Counted from the whole stretch's first letter, positions 1 to 12,848 are shown. The stretch: 63,208 bases of DNA, filler included, from Octopus bimaculoides (GCF_001194135.2; 6 parts of 6 records of this genome joined end to end with filler, not necessarily neighbours in it); one strand, 5' to 3'. Numbers and translations: made by a program. The notes: generated by a model from the sequence alone, not told the origin.

Positions 1-55
<55 letters not shown>
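1..55. repeat. (TG)n microsatellite
   Basis: Perfect TG dinucleotide run at the window start; one of dozens of microsatellites in the window. Confidence 0.98.
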
Positions 56-56
<1 letters not shown>

Positions 57-849
57 ATCATTCTGTCTGCTGCTGATGCATATAAACTATGTATTATACC
101 ATTAATTGATGATGCGTAGACTGACTTCTTCATGAGGAATCCGAGCTTGTTAGATTGAAGCAGATAATTTAGACATTTGAACTTGCTGAGATCACTTTCA
201 TTGGTATTGTAGCAAGATTCAAAATCAAGTCATTGAATTATGAAGTTCAAGTCACAACATAGCACTACCTTGTTCACATGAGAAGCCAAGTTATTAGCCA
301 ATCAGCAGCCACATTTCACATGATTGTTCAATCTAGATCCTTCTGGAACATTTCCCTACAAGGCTTATATAAATGCTTGTTTTTTAGCACCAACTTTCAG
401 AGAGCACAGTAACCTACAGACCTGCTACACACACTCTCTTGCCATTTATAATAGTTATTTTGATGACTATCTGCTCAGCTTGAATATGTCAATTTAGTGG
501 GCTGAAATGAATTTACTGTGTACATTTTCTCTTGTCTTGACAAATAGCAGTACAAAGCTTTTGTAATCAAATATTCATGAAAGCAACTGAATCATTCCTT
601 CAATGGTGTTGACCTGTTAGGGAATCTTATAATTCATGACCAACCTCAATATTACTTGTGCAGTGAAATAAAAGTTATTATTGAATATTTGCTTAGTGTT
701 GTTATATCATTCACACAGCCTTACATGCCTACCTACTAAGCAACAGTGTTGTAGTTATCGTGGGCTTACAGATTATTTCAAGCATGCAATTTGATCCTCA
801 TAGGTGATCTTACATAATTGTCATCTTGAAATATGATACACAAACACAA

Positions 850-887
<38 letters not shown>

Positions 888-914
888 CGAAATCGAAATT
901 GAACCAAATTCAAT

Positions 915-1556
915 GACTGGCACCTGTGCCAGTGGAGCGCTAACAGCACTGTCTGAGTGTGATCATTGCCAGAGCAGCTGTCTGGCTTCCATGCCAGTGG
1001 CACGTAAATNNNNNNNNNNNNNNNNNNNNNNNNNNNNNNNNNNNNNNNNNNNNNNNNNNNNNNNNNNNNNNNNNNNNNNNNNNNNNNNNNNNNNNNNNNN
1101 NNNNNNNNNNNNNNNNNNNNNNNNNNNNNNNNNNNNNNNNNNNNNNNNNNNNNNNNNNNNNNNNNNNNNNNNNNNNNNNNNNNNNNNNNNNNNNNNNNNN
1201 NNNNNNNNNNNNNNNNNNNNNNNNNNNNNNNNNNNNNNNNNNNNNNNNNNNNNNNNNNNNNNNNNNNNNNNNNNNNNNNNNNNNNNNNNNNNNNNNNNNN
1301 NNNNNNNNNNNNNNNNNNNNNNNNATATATATATATATATATATATTTCGAGCGTGGCCGTTTTCGTGCGGGTGACACGTAAAAGCACCCACTACACTCT
1401 CTGAGTGGTTGGCATTAGGAAGGGCATCCAGCTGTAGAAACTCGGCCAAATTAGATTGGAGCCTGGTGTTGCCATCCGGTTTCACCAGTCCTCAGTCAAA
1501 TCGTCCAACCCATGCTAGCATGGAAAGCGGACGTTAAACGATGATGATGATGATGA
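915..1556 (+). mobile_element. Family B retroposon (internal module array + conserved 3' end + (GAT)n tail), spans an N gap
   Basis: Ends GAAGGGCATCCAGCTGTAGAAAC...CCCATGCTAGCATGGAAAGCGGACGTTAAACGATGATGATG; near-identical 3' ends at 14297-14551 (-) and 25469-26053. Confidence 0.85.
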
Positions 1557-1779
1557 TATATATATATATATATATATCTATATATATATATATATATATA
1601 TATATGCAGTAGTAGTACTTAGAACAAAGTACTGAAGGATGACTTCAGGATACTGAATCTTTCAGACAAGATGACAAAGGATTGAGATGCCTGGCCCCCT
1701 GCTGTACTCAACAAGACTTATACTCCACAGCAGAAATGTTAAGGCTACTCCCCTTGGTGAAGAGGATTAGCCTGCAAGA

Positions 1780-1995
1780 GCCCTGTGCCAATACTACATA
1801 AAATCGCTCATGCAGCACCACACAAAAGCACCCAAAACACTCTGAAAGTGGTGAGCATTAGGAAGAATATTCAGCCATAGAAACCATGCAAAATCAGATT
1901 GGAGCCTGGTACAGCACTCGAGCTTGCCAGCTATGGTCAAACCATCCAACCCATGCCACCATGGACAATGGACATTAAACGGTGATGATGAGGAT
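1780..1995 (+). mobile_element. Older, diverged family B copy
   Basis: Same motif order (AAAAGCACCC..ACACTCT..GTGG..CATTAGGAAG..CAGATTGGAGCCTGG..CCAACCCATGC..GGACATTAAACGGTGATGATG) with CpG decay. Confidence 0.75.
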
Positions 1996-2108
1996 GCAGC
2001 CTGATTCAAAAGTCTGAATACACTGACAAGAATAACATTTTGTGCTGTAATTGAGGATGTCAATGAAAAACAAGAAATATACTGTATTTCATAACAAAAT
2101 TAGCAGAT

Positions 2109-2274
2109 AGGCGCAGGAGTGGCTCTGTGGTAAGTAGCTTGATTACCAGCCACATGGTTCTGGGTTCAGTCACACTGCCTGGCATCTTGGGCAAGTGTCT
2201 TCTACTATAGCCTCGGGCCGACCAAAGCCTTGTGAGTGGATTTAGTAGACGGAAACTGAAAAAAGCCCGTCGTA

Positions 2275-2306
<32 letters not shown>

Positions 2307-2316
2307 NNNNNNNNNN

Positions 2317-2364
<48 letters not shown>

Positions 2365-2452
2365 TGTGTTTGTGTGTCTGTGTTTGTCCCCCTAGCATTG
2401 CTTGACAACCTGTGATTATGTCCCATCACTTAGCGGTTCGGCAAAAGAGACC
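2109..2452 (+). mobile_element. tRNA-derived SINE family A, 3'-truncated
   Basis: A-box-like TGGCTCTGTGG, B-box-like GGTTCAGTC, body CTTGGGCAAGTGTCTTCTACTATAGCC, internal (TA)n/(TG)n; matches copies at 7069, 17027 and 62794. Confidence 0.9.
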
Positions 2453-3323
2453 AAAAAATAAAAAATCCTGCATTTTTACTTTGGTTACTTTTCACTGGAA
2501 TTGCAATGCGACTGAAATTTTTCAGCAACCAACATCTTACTGTCTTAGTGTTGCATTTTATTGTCACTGACAACTATGCTTGCATGATACTGCAACATAT
2601 AAGCCAGAATTGCACAAAGACAATGAATCATATCACCATTTTGAGGAATTGTAATACAAAATCTACAATATGATTTGCATCCACCTGTCTGGCAAAGTCT
2701 AGAAATCTAAATAGTTTTCTGGACCACATTTAAAGATTCCTTTAGTAGAGTTCATGTCTTCTTGAATGTAAGCCTATTGTTGAACAAAGCAAAAATTTTG
2801 GTCTTTTTTTTTTCTTTTATCCAGATGAAAATTCAATAAATTTATAAGATATTGATGTATCTTGCAGTTCCTTGAATGTCAAAGAGAAGTCGAAATTATG
2901 AAATAATATTTCATCATTCATTATATCATAATATGTAATATAGATTAATTAGCTTTCTAACTTGCTAATATCTACTACATAAAAATAATTAGTTTTCATC
3001 TTTATATCAAAATGTATTCATAATACAAAATTTCATCTTTCTAATCATATTTTTGACTGATGTGTGTGTGTGTGTGTGTGTGTGTTATGAATGAATATAT
3101 ATGCATGCATGAATCTATAAACACACACTTTGTAAATATATATGTGTGCGTGCGTGATAATAAATATACACACACACACGCACACATATATATATACATG
3201 CAGATAGATACATATTTTATGTAATATATATGTACATATACTCATACATATCATCAATGTGTGTGTATATACATGCATACATTCATACGCACATAACACA
3301 ACTACACATATAAGTATGCATGC

Positions 3324-3362
<39 letters not shown>

Positions 3363-4833
3363 CACACACACATACATACATACATACATACATACATACA
3401 TACATACATACATACATACATACATACATACATACATACACACATACATGCATGTATCTATCCATCCATCAATTGTCACCATTTTGCATCAACTTTCCAT
3501 GGTGACTTGGATTGGACAGGTCATTGAGAGCTACACCTCTTATAAGCTAATCTCTGTGTGTTTGTGTGTGTGTACATCAGAGGTGGTAGGAGGGAGAGGT
3601 AAAGATTTCAAATAACAAAGGTATTGAACAGCCAGCACTTGTGGTAAAATAGATAAGATACTGGATAACCATCACTTGAGCTGATGTATGGTTTAGGAAG
3701 AAATTTTTATGAGTATCAGAGCTGTAAAGCTAATTCTAAGTGCTTACTTCAGCTAAGCTAGCTGGCTGACTGTAATTAGTTCAGATATTTCCAAAGTTCT
3801 ACTTTTTATTTTTATCTGTTTTCTTCTTTGTCATGTTCTCATATAATATAAATACGGTATCTTCTCACATATGTAATGCAGTCAGTTGAAGATCTCCAAT
3901 CATCTGAAATTATCTATGCAATTAGTTGGCAAAAATTCTCTCTAAGACTGTTTAAAAATCTAAAAACAACAAGATAACCACATTAAGATCAGATGACTGA
4001 AATTTTTGGGGGACAATAAAGACAATATTTAATATATAATTTTATGGTATGGCACATTATGTGGTTGGTTGGCCTGTTAGAAATAGCAACCAAATCTCCC
4101 TTGAATTACACTTATCTTAGAAAAAGAAAGACAGATTGAATTATGTATCTGAAATGGATACTGAAAGAGGACATGCTTTTGATATAGTCTGCTCAGCTGG
4201 GACTAATCTGATTTTAAGCAACAACAGAAAACAATTCATTATCAGTAGAGGATGAACAAGACAAAAAAATTCTTAGAATAGTTATTTACTATTTAAATTA
4301 AACACAAACCAGAACTTAGTTGAAATAGCAAGACTTTCAAGAACACCAAGAATCCATAACACTGGGAATCCCTAAAATCTATAGTAAATATTTTATCCTG
4401 AATATCTGTTTAATTTAATCTATAAATAGGCAGTATGCATAGTAGATATCATACCCCTATACCCACAGCTTACACAGATAGAGTAGAATAGTTAGTGGGC
4501 TGTTATGTAGATGTATGTATGTATGTATGTATGTATGTGTGTGTGTGTCGGTGTATGTATATATTCTTTTATTCTTTTATTTGTTTCAGCCATTTATTTG
4601 ACTGCAGCCAAGGAATCTAATGCTCTTAGCTTAATTTTTCCTTGGGGCTGGCCAGATTGAAGCAATATCGAGAATAACCAGCCGAAATTGCAAAGATAAT
4701 CTGGATCTCGACTGAAGAGAGAAAACTCTGAATGACTTGTCCGTGTTTTCTTTGTATCGTCTATCTGTATGTTTTGTCCCTTTCTTGTATCACCCAACTG
4801 TCTGGATGTTTTGCATCCTTGTCCCATTCTGTA

Positions 4834-4885
<52 letters not shown>

Positions 4886-5448
4886 CAAGTTCCTCTGCGA
4901 AATAAATTATTCAGATTCATCCAACAGAATTTTATGTTCATATTTTAACCATAATTGTTAACTATAATTGCATCTATGTTTTAAATATTATTGTATTTTG
5001 TTTTTGCATTTAATTTGTAAGATACTTCATGTGAAATTATATACTGAAACAGATGTCGCTGTATCCTGAGACTGTCATTTTGTCCAATAAGACCTGAATA
5101 CAGTGGTCCTTTTCCACTTTTCATTATTATTATTAATCAACTAGTTAACAAATTAACTTATTAATTAATCAGTTGTTTGACCAACAATTTGAGAAATCAA
5201 TCAATGAGTTGGTTTATTTGAGTTCTTTCATCTCATCAATCAGGGCTTCATCAATAGTCTGCCTTCATTGCACCAGATCTATTACAATGGATTCAAACTG
5301 TAGTTCACCATAATAGACTCAGATCAACAAAGGTATTTCATTGATAAGATCACACATGGTAAAGGAATGTTTGATTGATCAAATTATTTGTGAAACAATC
5401 AATTAGTTAATTGGTTAAATTGGGCAGCCAGTTGGCTGGTAATAATAA

Positions 5449-5905
5449 TTATCCTTTCTACTATAGGCACAAGGCCTGAGATTTTGAAGTGGAGAGCAGG
5501 TCAATTACTTCAACCCTAGTGTTTAACTGGTACTTATAACATCGATCCTGAAAGGATGAAAAGCAAAGTCAACTTAGACGGAATTTGAACTTGGAATGTA
5601 AAGTCAAATGAGAAGCTGCTAAGCATTTTGCTGAGCATGTTACCATTTCTTATTTCTCTATTGCCCACAAGGGGCTAAACATAGAAGGGACAAACAAGGA
5701 CAGACAAACAGATTAAGTCGATTATATCAACCCCAGTGCATAACTGGTACTTATTTAATCGACCCCGAAAGGATGAAAGGCAAAGTCGACCTCGGTGGAA
5801 TTTGAACTCAGAACGTAGCGGCAGACGAAATACCGTTAAGTATTTCGCCCGGCATGCTAATGTTTCTGCCAGCTCATCGCCATTTCTGCCAACATGCCAC
5901 CCTTA
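5449..5905 (-). mobile_element. Old tRNA-derived SINE family D, interrupted by a young copy
   Basis: Diverged family D sequence (CCTTTCTACTATAGGCACAAGGCCTG...GAAAGGATGAAAAGCAAAGTC...GAATTTGAAC) resumes after the nested copy as CATTTCTGCCAACATGCCACCTT. Confidence 0.8.
5651..5879 (-). mobile_element. Young SINE family D, nested, TSD CCATTTCT
   Basis: On the minus strand: tRNA head, B-box GAGTTCAAATTCC, tail GGGCAATAGAGAAATAAGAAAT; CCATTTCT at 5643-5650 and 5880-5887. Confidence 0.9.
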
Positions 5906-6388
5906 ATAATGATAATAACCCTTTCTACTATAGGCACATGGCCTGAAATTTTGGAGGAGGAGGCTAGTTGATTACATTGACCTCAGCACTCAAATGGTTA
6001 TTATTTTATTAATCCTAAAAGGATGAAAGCAAATCTGATCTGGGCAGAATTTGAACCCAGACCATAAATTCAGATGAAATGCTGTTAGCCATTTTGTCCA
6101 ATATGCTAACATTTCTTATTTCTTTATTGCCCACAAGGGGTTAAACATAGAGGAAACAAACAAGGACAGACAAAGGGATTAAGTCGATTACATCGACCCC
6201 AGTGCGTAATTGGTACTTAATTTATCGACCCCGAAGGGATAAAAGGCAAAGTCGACCTTGGCAGAATTTGAACTCAGAACATAAAGACGGACAAAATACC
6301 ACTTGGCATTTCGCCTGGTGTGCTAACGCTTCTGGCAGCTCGCCACCTTAACTTATATGTTAACAGTTCTGCTAACTCACTACCTTAA
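5906..6388 (-). mobile_element. Second old SINE family D, interrupted by a young copy
   Basis: Same architecture as 5449-5905; the head resumes at ~6361 (TAACAGTTCTGCTAACTCACTACCTTAA). Confidence 0.8.
6117..6354 (-). mobile_element. Young SINE family D, nested, 16-bp TSD (14/16)
   Basis: Highly similar to 5651-5879; ATATGCTAACATTTCT (6101-6116) vs ATATGTTAACAGTTCT (6355-6370). Confidence 0.9.
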
Positions 6389-6737
6389 CTTATAATACCA
6401 ATGATGAAAAGAAATTAAATAAAACCAGTATATGAGTTTTCATTGCTAAAATGACTCTCCCAAGATGTATCTATTATATATCATTTTGTCATAATTTTCT
6501 CTTTCAATATTATATATCATTTCAAACACACATGCACTAACCTGTTTAAAATATTTCTGATACATATTCATAGAAGCACATAGAAGTGAAACTATTTCAT
6601 GTCATATTCTAATTATAGTTTTTTTTTATTTTATAGTATACTTATTATAGAATAGTATAATAATATAATTATTGCATTTTTATATATTATTATATATTTT
6701 TTCCCAAAAGCTTTAGTTTTCTTTCATTTTCTTACAG

Positions 6738-6811
6738 CAGGCCAGATGAGAAGTAGGCTACATGAGACTTGAGCCATAATCAAGTGGGCTGCACTGCTAA
6801 AAATTATAAAG
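6738..6811 (+). other. Candidate internal exon (UTR, poison or terminal-coding), unknown gene
   Basis: Acceptor TTTTCTTTCATTTTCTTACAG|CAG (NAGNAG) and donor AAAG|GTAATT in unique sequence; all three frames contain a stop, and one frame has only a single TGA. Confidence 0.35.
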
Positions 6812-7068
6812 GTAATTTTTCATTAGACATCTCATTCAGAAAGTTCCGTGGGCCACAGTTTGCCCATTAATACAGATTGTCAGTTTGTCTTACAGTATTA
6901 CTCACCTAAGCAAAGTCAGAACTTTTACTGCTAGTTGTTGCTGTTATTGTTGTTATTTGGCCTCATGTCAGACATGATCTAGCAGGCCTATGATCAAAAT
7001 CATTCCAACAATGACCATTCCATCTTTTGTTCAGGTTTATTATATTGTAGCTAGAACTACATGTCTAT

Positions 7069-7235
7069 AGGTGCAGGAGTGGCTGTGTGGTAAGTAGCTT
7101 GCTTACCAACCACAAGGTTCTGGATTCAGTCCCACTGTGTGGTACCTTGGGCAAGTGTCTTCTACTATAGCCTTGGGCCAACCAAAGCCTTGTGAGTGGA
7201 ATTTGGTAGACAGAAACTGAAAGAAGCCCATCATA

Positions 7236-7274
<39 letters not shown>

Positions 7275-7482
7275 TTGTGTGTCTGTGTTTGTCCCTCCAA
7301 CATCGCTTGACAACCGATACTGGTGTGTTTACATCCCCATAACTTAGCGTTTCGGCAAAAGAGACCGATAGAATAAGTACCAGGCTTACAAAGAATAAGT
7401 CCTGGGGTCAACTTGCTCGACTAAAGGTGGTACTCCAGCATGGCCACAGTCAAATGACTGAAACAAGTAAAAGAGTAAAAGA
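7069..7482 (+). mobile_element. Full-length SINE family A
   Basis: Head GGTGCAGGAGTGGCTGTGTGG, internal (TA)n, tail CCAGCATGGCCACAGTCAAATGACTGAAACAAGTAAAAGAGTAAAAGAG. Confidence 0.92.
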
Positions 7483-8309
7483 GAGAGAGTCTAGTAAGTT
7501 AAGCAACCACATAGAGATTTATCGACTCCCTATGAAATAAAATATAATGTACAGACTAATAGTCATTGTAGACAGGTGGAGTGATGGTGAGAGGATTAAA
7601 ATGTGCAGTGGTTGCAGGAGTGTTGCATACACAAACACAATAACAAACAAAACAACAAGAGAGCCTTTATGAAGTTGTTCATAGTACTAGAAATAACAAC
7701 AAAATTCTCTCACATCATATTCAACTATCTTGAAAGAATACTATATTGGCTAGATATATAGAAACAAGATGAGACGGTCATGGTTGGAATGCTTCTGATT
7801 ATGAGTCTGTTACATCAGGGCTGACCAAGTGCTAAACTACAGTACATTGACATGAGCAGGGAAGGTAATAATATCAATGTATGATTTGACATAAAAGTTG
7901 ATCAGATGTAAGACTTATGCAACTATTTTTCTGATTGTTGCTTAGCCCCAAATGAGGACCAGTTGAGCAGATGTATTATTACAAGCTTTCTAGTCAAGCG
8001 TGACCTTCCCAACTTTTGTTTATCAAGAACAATTGACTGGTATGTCTATTAGTTTGTTTTTTTTAAGATGACAAGCAGTAATTTGAGGGAGATTTTGTTG
8101 CTATTTCTTGTAAATTAAGAAGACAATGAGTAGAGGGGATAGTAGAGCTAAAGAGTGTTAGTAAGAGATCAATAGCCAGAGTGTTAGAGGGAAGAGTAGG
8201 AAGATTGACAGTGATGAGTTAGACTAGACAGATACTAATATTCATTCATTGGTTAGAGCAAAAATAGTAGAGCAAGAAGCTAATTCCTTTGAAATATTTA
8301 GTTATTATC

Positions 8310-8670
8310 CTTTATGTTCTGAGTTTAAATCCTGCTGAGGTTGACTTTGTCTTTCATCTTTCCAGAATCAATAAAATAGATATCAATTAAGGACTTGAAT
8401 TGCTAACCCTAACCCTCCTCTTTCTAACTCTGTGGAGCTTTTGTTTGTCTTTGTTGTTTTTTTTTGTTTTGTTTTTTTTTGGTGGTGTTGGGTGGATCCT
8501 CAATGTTAGAAGCTATTATTATTTCCCTTGCAATGTTTTGATTTCAAATCCTACTGAGATCAACTTTGCCTTCCACTTTTCTGGGGTTCAAGAAATCATG
8601 TATCAATTCAGTTTAGTTCTAGGGTCAATTAATTCAACTAACCTTTACTCGTTAATTTGTGCCCTTTTAC
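8310..8670 (+). mobile_element. Two decayed family D SINE fragments
   Basis: GTTCTGAGTTTAAATCCTGCTGAGGTTGACTTTGTCTTTCATC and TTCAAATCCTACTGAGATCAACTTTGCCTTCCAC match the family D B-box and body. Confidence 0.65.
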
Positions 8671-8718
8671 CTATGTCAGAAAAGATGATTATTTCTCTGG
8701 ATTTTCTATTGTTTCTAG

Positions 8719-8852
8719 ATAGTTCTAGTTCTGGTTATTTCTCTCAGCTTCCAACCTATGTACTAAAAACTTCTAAAATGCAAAATGCCTATGTAACTAT
8801 GCCTTATTCTAAGAAAACCAATCATCAAATTGCTGCAGAGAAGTATTTTTAG
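8719..8852 (+). CDS. Candidate terminal coding exon (DSSSSGYFSQLPTYVLKTSKMQNAYVTMPYSKKTNHQIAAEKYF*), unknown protein
   Basis: Acceptor GATTTTCTATTGTTTCTAG|AT; phase-1 open frame of ~44 codons; followed by unique AT-rich sequence with AATAAA near 9255. No family recognised and no upstream coding exon linked. Confidence 0.3.
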
Positions 8853-8859
8853 GATTTTA

Positions 8860-8901
<42 letters not shown>

Positions 8902-9779
8902 GTTAATCCAAACTAACTATTCAAAAACATTCAAAAACAAAGATCTTCAGAGGAAAAAAAAAAGGAAAACATTTTTGGTTATCTTAATATAATTTTAGAG
9001 AATAGTTCAGTGAAAAGTCAGTATCTTCCATTTAATACTGTAGATCAATGTACATACTAGACATAATATGTATAATGATTATAATCATCTAATGGTTTAT
9101 AAAGGCCATGCAATATCAACAATGTTACGTTGTGAAAAAGGAGACTTACTACAATGGACTTGAAATTAATGGAATTTGTTTAGAATAGAAGAGTTATGGC
9201 ACTATTTTGGACGATAATGCATTGTTAAGTGTGAATAAGATACTGAAGTACACTTAATAAATTGCAAGTCTAAAGTGCATCTAATAACACATCAAAGTGC
9301 ACTTTATAATGATGATATGTAGATAATGAGGCTTCTTCTGAAGTTCACTATAGAAAGTAGATATGTGCTACTAATAAGAAAATAATAGAATATGATTTAC
9401 AATGGTTTAGCATATTCAGAAGGAAAATATAGAAAATATATATTAGAATAAATAACAAATACTGAGAAGGTTCTGGAATTACTTTACAGCATCTAGTTTA
9501 ACCCTTTTGAAGCCAATTCTCTCAAGACTGCACTTGGTTTTGCATACAAACTTTCTTTTAAAATAATCTAAACTACAGTTTTTCCACTGAATTTATTGAT
9601 AATTTGTGCTCCATATATCAGTTTGATAAGAACAAAGTTAGTTTACGAAATGTTTCATGATTTTTAAAAATTAATTCAAACATAGGCATTGTATTTCAAC
9701 AGCAATATCTTAATTAAAAGGTTAATAGTAAATATATTTGTCATTTCTTTAAACTTAATCCCACTGTCTGTTTCCCAAT

Positions 9780-10130
9780 CACATGGTTTCAAATTCAATC
9801 ACATTGCATGGCACTTTGAGTGGATTCGGTAAATGGAAACTGAAAGAAGCCTGTCATTTATGTGTATGTGTTTCAGTATATGTATAAGTGTGTTATTGTT
9901 TCCCTCCCATGATTTTGCATGATAGTTGTGAATGAGTATCACTATTATGCAAGCTGTATCCTTCATTTCCAACCTTCTGTAAGAACATGTCTGGTCATGA
10001 GAAAATACTACATCACTCAGAAACAGGTGATGATAATTGATAGGAAAGGCATCCACCCATAAAAGTTTTTTCCTCAACAAATTGCATTTACCCCATGCCT
10101 GCATGGAATTTTGGATATTAAATGATGATC
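9780..10130 (+). mobile_element. Old SINE with family A-type head and family B-type tail
   Basis: GGAAACTGAAAGAAGCCTGTC (A head), then GGAAAGGCATCCACCC...CCCATGCCTGCATGG...ATTAAATGATGAT (B-type end). Confidence 0.6.
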
Positions 10131-10318
10131 GCTTGGCCTTTGTGTTTAACAGAAATCCATTCTGTTGCTAACATTCAGGTTAGCACTCTGTTCTAAGAGC
10201 AGCTTCCTTGCTCCCACCAATTTTAGAATCTCTTAAAAGAATTATGAGTGCTCTTCTTTCTCTAAGCCATTAAAAATAAATAGGTATAAATGAAAATTTG
10301 TGACTTCTTCACCTCAAT

Positions 10319-10839
10319 TAGTGGTTTTTAAACTGGGGTGGTAGTACCCAATCAGAGGTGTTGTAAGCTCATGAGGGGGGGGGCAGCAAATGTCGAAGGG
10401 GGTAGGGTCCTATGGGCAAAGAGTGCTAGATGTTTAGAGTAGTTGTGATTTTTCTTAGAAATAAACTATTTAAATCATATTTTCAGAAAGATCTTTGTGA
10501 GGATTAGAATATAAGTAATACATTATCTAATCAATGAACAGAAACATGACTGATGATGTGCCAAGACCCAGTATTATTTCATTATATAAGTTCACAGTTT
10601 CTTTAGTAATTTTCATAAAAATTTAACACAGATATCTAAAAATTTAATCCACACAAATATCTAAAATGAGACACACACTGGATGGGCTGGTATTTGAACA
10701 TTTAAATCTGGATAATAAACCACTGCACAAAATTATTTTTTGTTTAATTAAAGTAATCTGGTTCTTTTTCTTTTCTTTTTTTCTAAAAAATATACAAGGT
10801 GAAAGGAGGTGCCGAGGTACAAATGATTCAGAACTACTG
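10319..10839. mobile_element. Possible non-autonomous hAT (Charlie-like) element
   Basis: Ends TAGTGGTTTTTAAACTGGGG ... GATTCAGAACTACTG resemble CAGTGGTTCTCAA-type TIRs; no 8-bp TSD recovered. Confidence 0.4.
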
Positions 10840-11639
10840 AAATAAATGAAAACTGGTAATTTTCATGCTAAAGGAAAATTATACACATTTCCTTTATTTC
10901 CAAATAAAGTATTAAATTCTGACACAGTTGCTTGAATGAAGTGATCTCTATATTTTTAGATTTAAGTTAGCTCTTATAAACAACACTTCCAACTACATTA
11001 ACTAGAAACTCTCCCATTCATTAAATGTATGTTAAAAGTTAATCCTTTTGTAGACTACAATAGTTAGTGAGTCAGGTATTTAATAACTCTGGTTTCCATA
11101 GCATTAAGCAGATAAGACAAATCTCATTTAGAAGGATGCTCACTTGCCTATTGTAAGTTAACTTTACAAGTGCACTGTTATCTATTTTCCAGTTACCTAA
11201 ATGGAAACATGCAAAGTTAAGTGCCTTGCTGAAGAACAAATTTTAATATTTTTAGCAACGCCCCCACACACACACAAATGCACAAAATAATAATGACTAG
11301 AGTTTCACAATCGTTGCACTAAGAACTGCTTGTACAAATTAGTCAAGGAACACTTAATCCAAATACAGCCCACAAATTAATCTAGAAAAACATTACATGA
11401 TTTATTGAAACTGCCACATTTAATTTACTTTGTAACTGATCAAGGCAGCAAATCGACAGAGATTTTAATACTGAATAGATTGTGTCGTGGTAATTGTTCC
11501 AGTTCTCTGCAAATCCTACCAAGGCTAACTTTGCCTTTCAGCGAATAATAAAAAGGTACCAATCCAGGATGATAAGCAGAGCTGTTAGAGGGTCTGGTGA
11601 AATGCCTTGCAATATCTGTTCTAGCTCTTTGTGTTCTGA

Positions 11640-11888
11640 TAGCAATGTATGAAACACTAATGCCAATCTATGCCCATAATATGAAAGTTGTAAATGAGTC
11701 TCACTGTCATACAAGCAGTGTCATTCATTTCCAATATTCTGCAAAAACATATCTGGTCATGGGGAAATATCACTTTGCTTGGAAGCAGATGAGGGTTGGC
11801 AACAGGAAGGGCATCCAACCATGGAAAATCTGCCACAACAAATTCCATCCAACCCATGTGAGCATGGAAAAGTGGACATTGAATGATG

Positions 11889-11890
<2 letters not shown>
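11640..11890 (+). mobile_element. Old SINE 3' part with family B-type tail
   Basis: GGAAGGGCATCCAACCATGG...CCAACCCATGTGAGCATGGAAAAGTGGACATTGAATGATGATG; homologous to 9900-10130. Confidence 0.7.
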
Positions 11891-11932
<42 letters not shown>

Positions 11933-12574
11933 CATATGTGTGTGTGTACACATAAGCGGATTCAAATATATCTTTGTTTATATTTCTATTTCATGTGTCA
12001 TTCTACTGTTGTTACATTGTGTCTTTTGGTAAAGACAATTCCACATGACTCAGCAGTTCAAATCACTGTCTACATCTAAGACCAATATAAATCCATGACA
12101 GTATTTAGTTTTAACCCTTCAACTTTTGGTTTAAATCATATTAGAGTTGACTTAATCTTTCATCTTTCCAGAGTCAATAAAACCAGTACCAGTCATATAT
12201 TGAAATCAATTCAGTTTAATAAATATTAAATCTCCCCTGTAAATTAAGGGCCTCATAGCCATTCAATTAATGAATATTTATTTTATTGTCGTATCAGTTT
12301 TTCAACAACAGACAAGAACAAGAACAAAAAAGATTTTAGAAAAATAAAGCAAAAATATATAAAATTGAACAAAAAAAAAACAATTAAATACATTAACCTT
12401 TTATTATCAACCTGTCAGAGATTGCCCATGGTTCTATGATACAAGCTTTATGTTTTAAAGAGATCTAAATTAACAACTTCAATCAAAATTTCATGTTAAT
12501 TGTGTCCCAAAGACTAGCTTCATGACAATGAAGTTGTTTTATAAAATTCTCCATAATTTTAAAAATTAATTGAA

Positions 12575-12725
12575 ATACAGGTGCAGGTACGGCTGCTTGG
12601 TTAAAATGTCCCCTTCATAATCTTACCCAAGGTGTCACTGAGCTGCACTTTGGACAAGTGTCTTCAATGATAGCTTCAGACCAACGAAAGCCTTTCCAGT
12701 TGATTTGGTAGACTGAAACTAAATA
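12575..12725 (+). mobile_element. Decayed SINE family A head
   Basis: CAGGTGCAGGTACGGCTGCTTGG...TGGACAAGTGTCTTC...GATTTGGTAGACTGAAACT. Confidence 0.6.
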
Positions 12726-12737
12726 ATGAAATCCTCA

Positions 12738-12785
<48 letters not shown>

Positions 12786-12848
12786 NNNNNNNNNNNNNNN
12801 NNNNNNNNNNNNNNNNNNNNNNNNNNNNNNNNNNNNNNNNNNNNNNNN

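Noticed and set aside
2109-2200. tRNA-like heads (families A, C, D) as tRNA genes
   Set aside because: They have A/B boxes but no complete cloverleaf, and they continue into SINE bodies.
2824-2900. Strong acceptor TTTTTTTCTTTTATCCAG|ATG
   Set aside because: All frames stop within eight codons and no good donor follows; at most a UTR or terminal exon.
4685-4745. CTGAAGA-GAG-AAAA-CTC-TGAAT-GACTTGTC hammerhead-like string
   Set aside because: GAAA is replaced by GAAT, there is an extra U after stem II, and stem I does not pair.
8404-8417. CTAACCCTAACCCT telomere-like repeat
   Set aside because: Only about two units; expected by chance.
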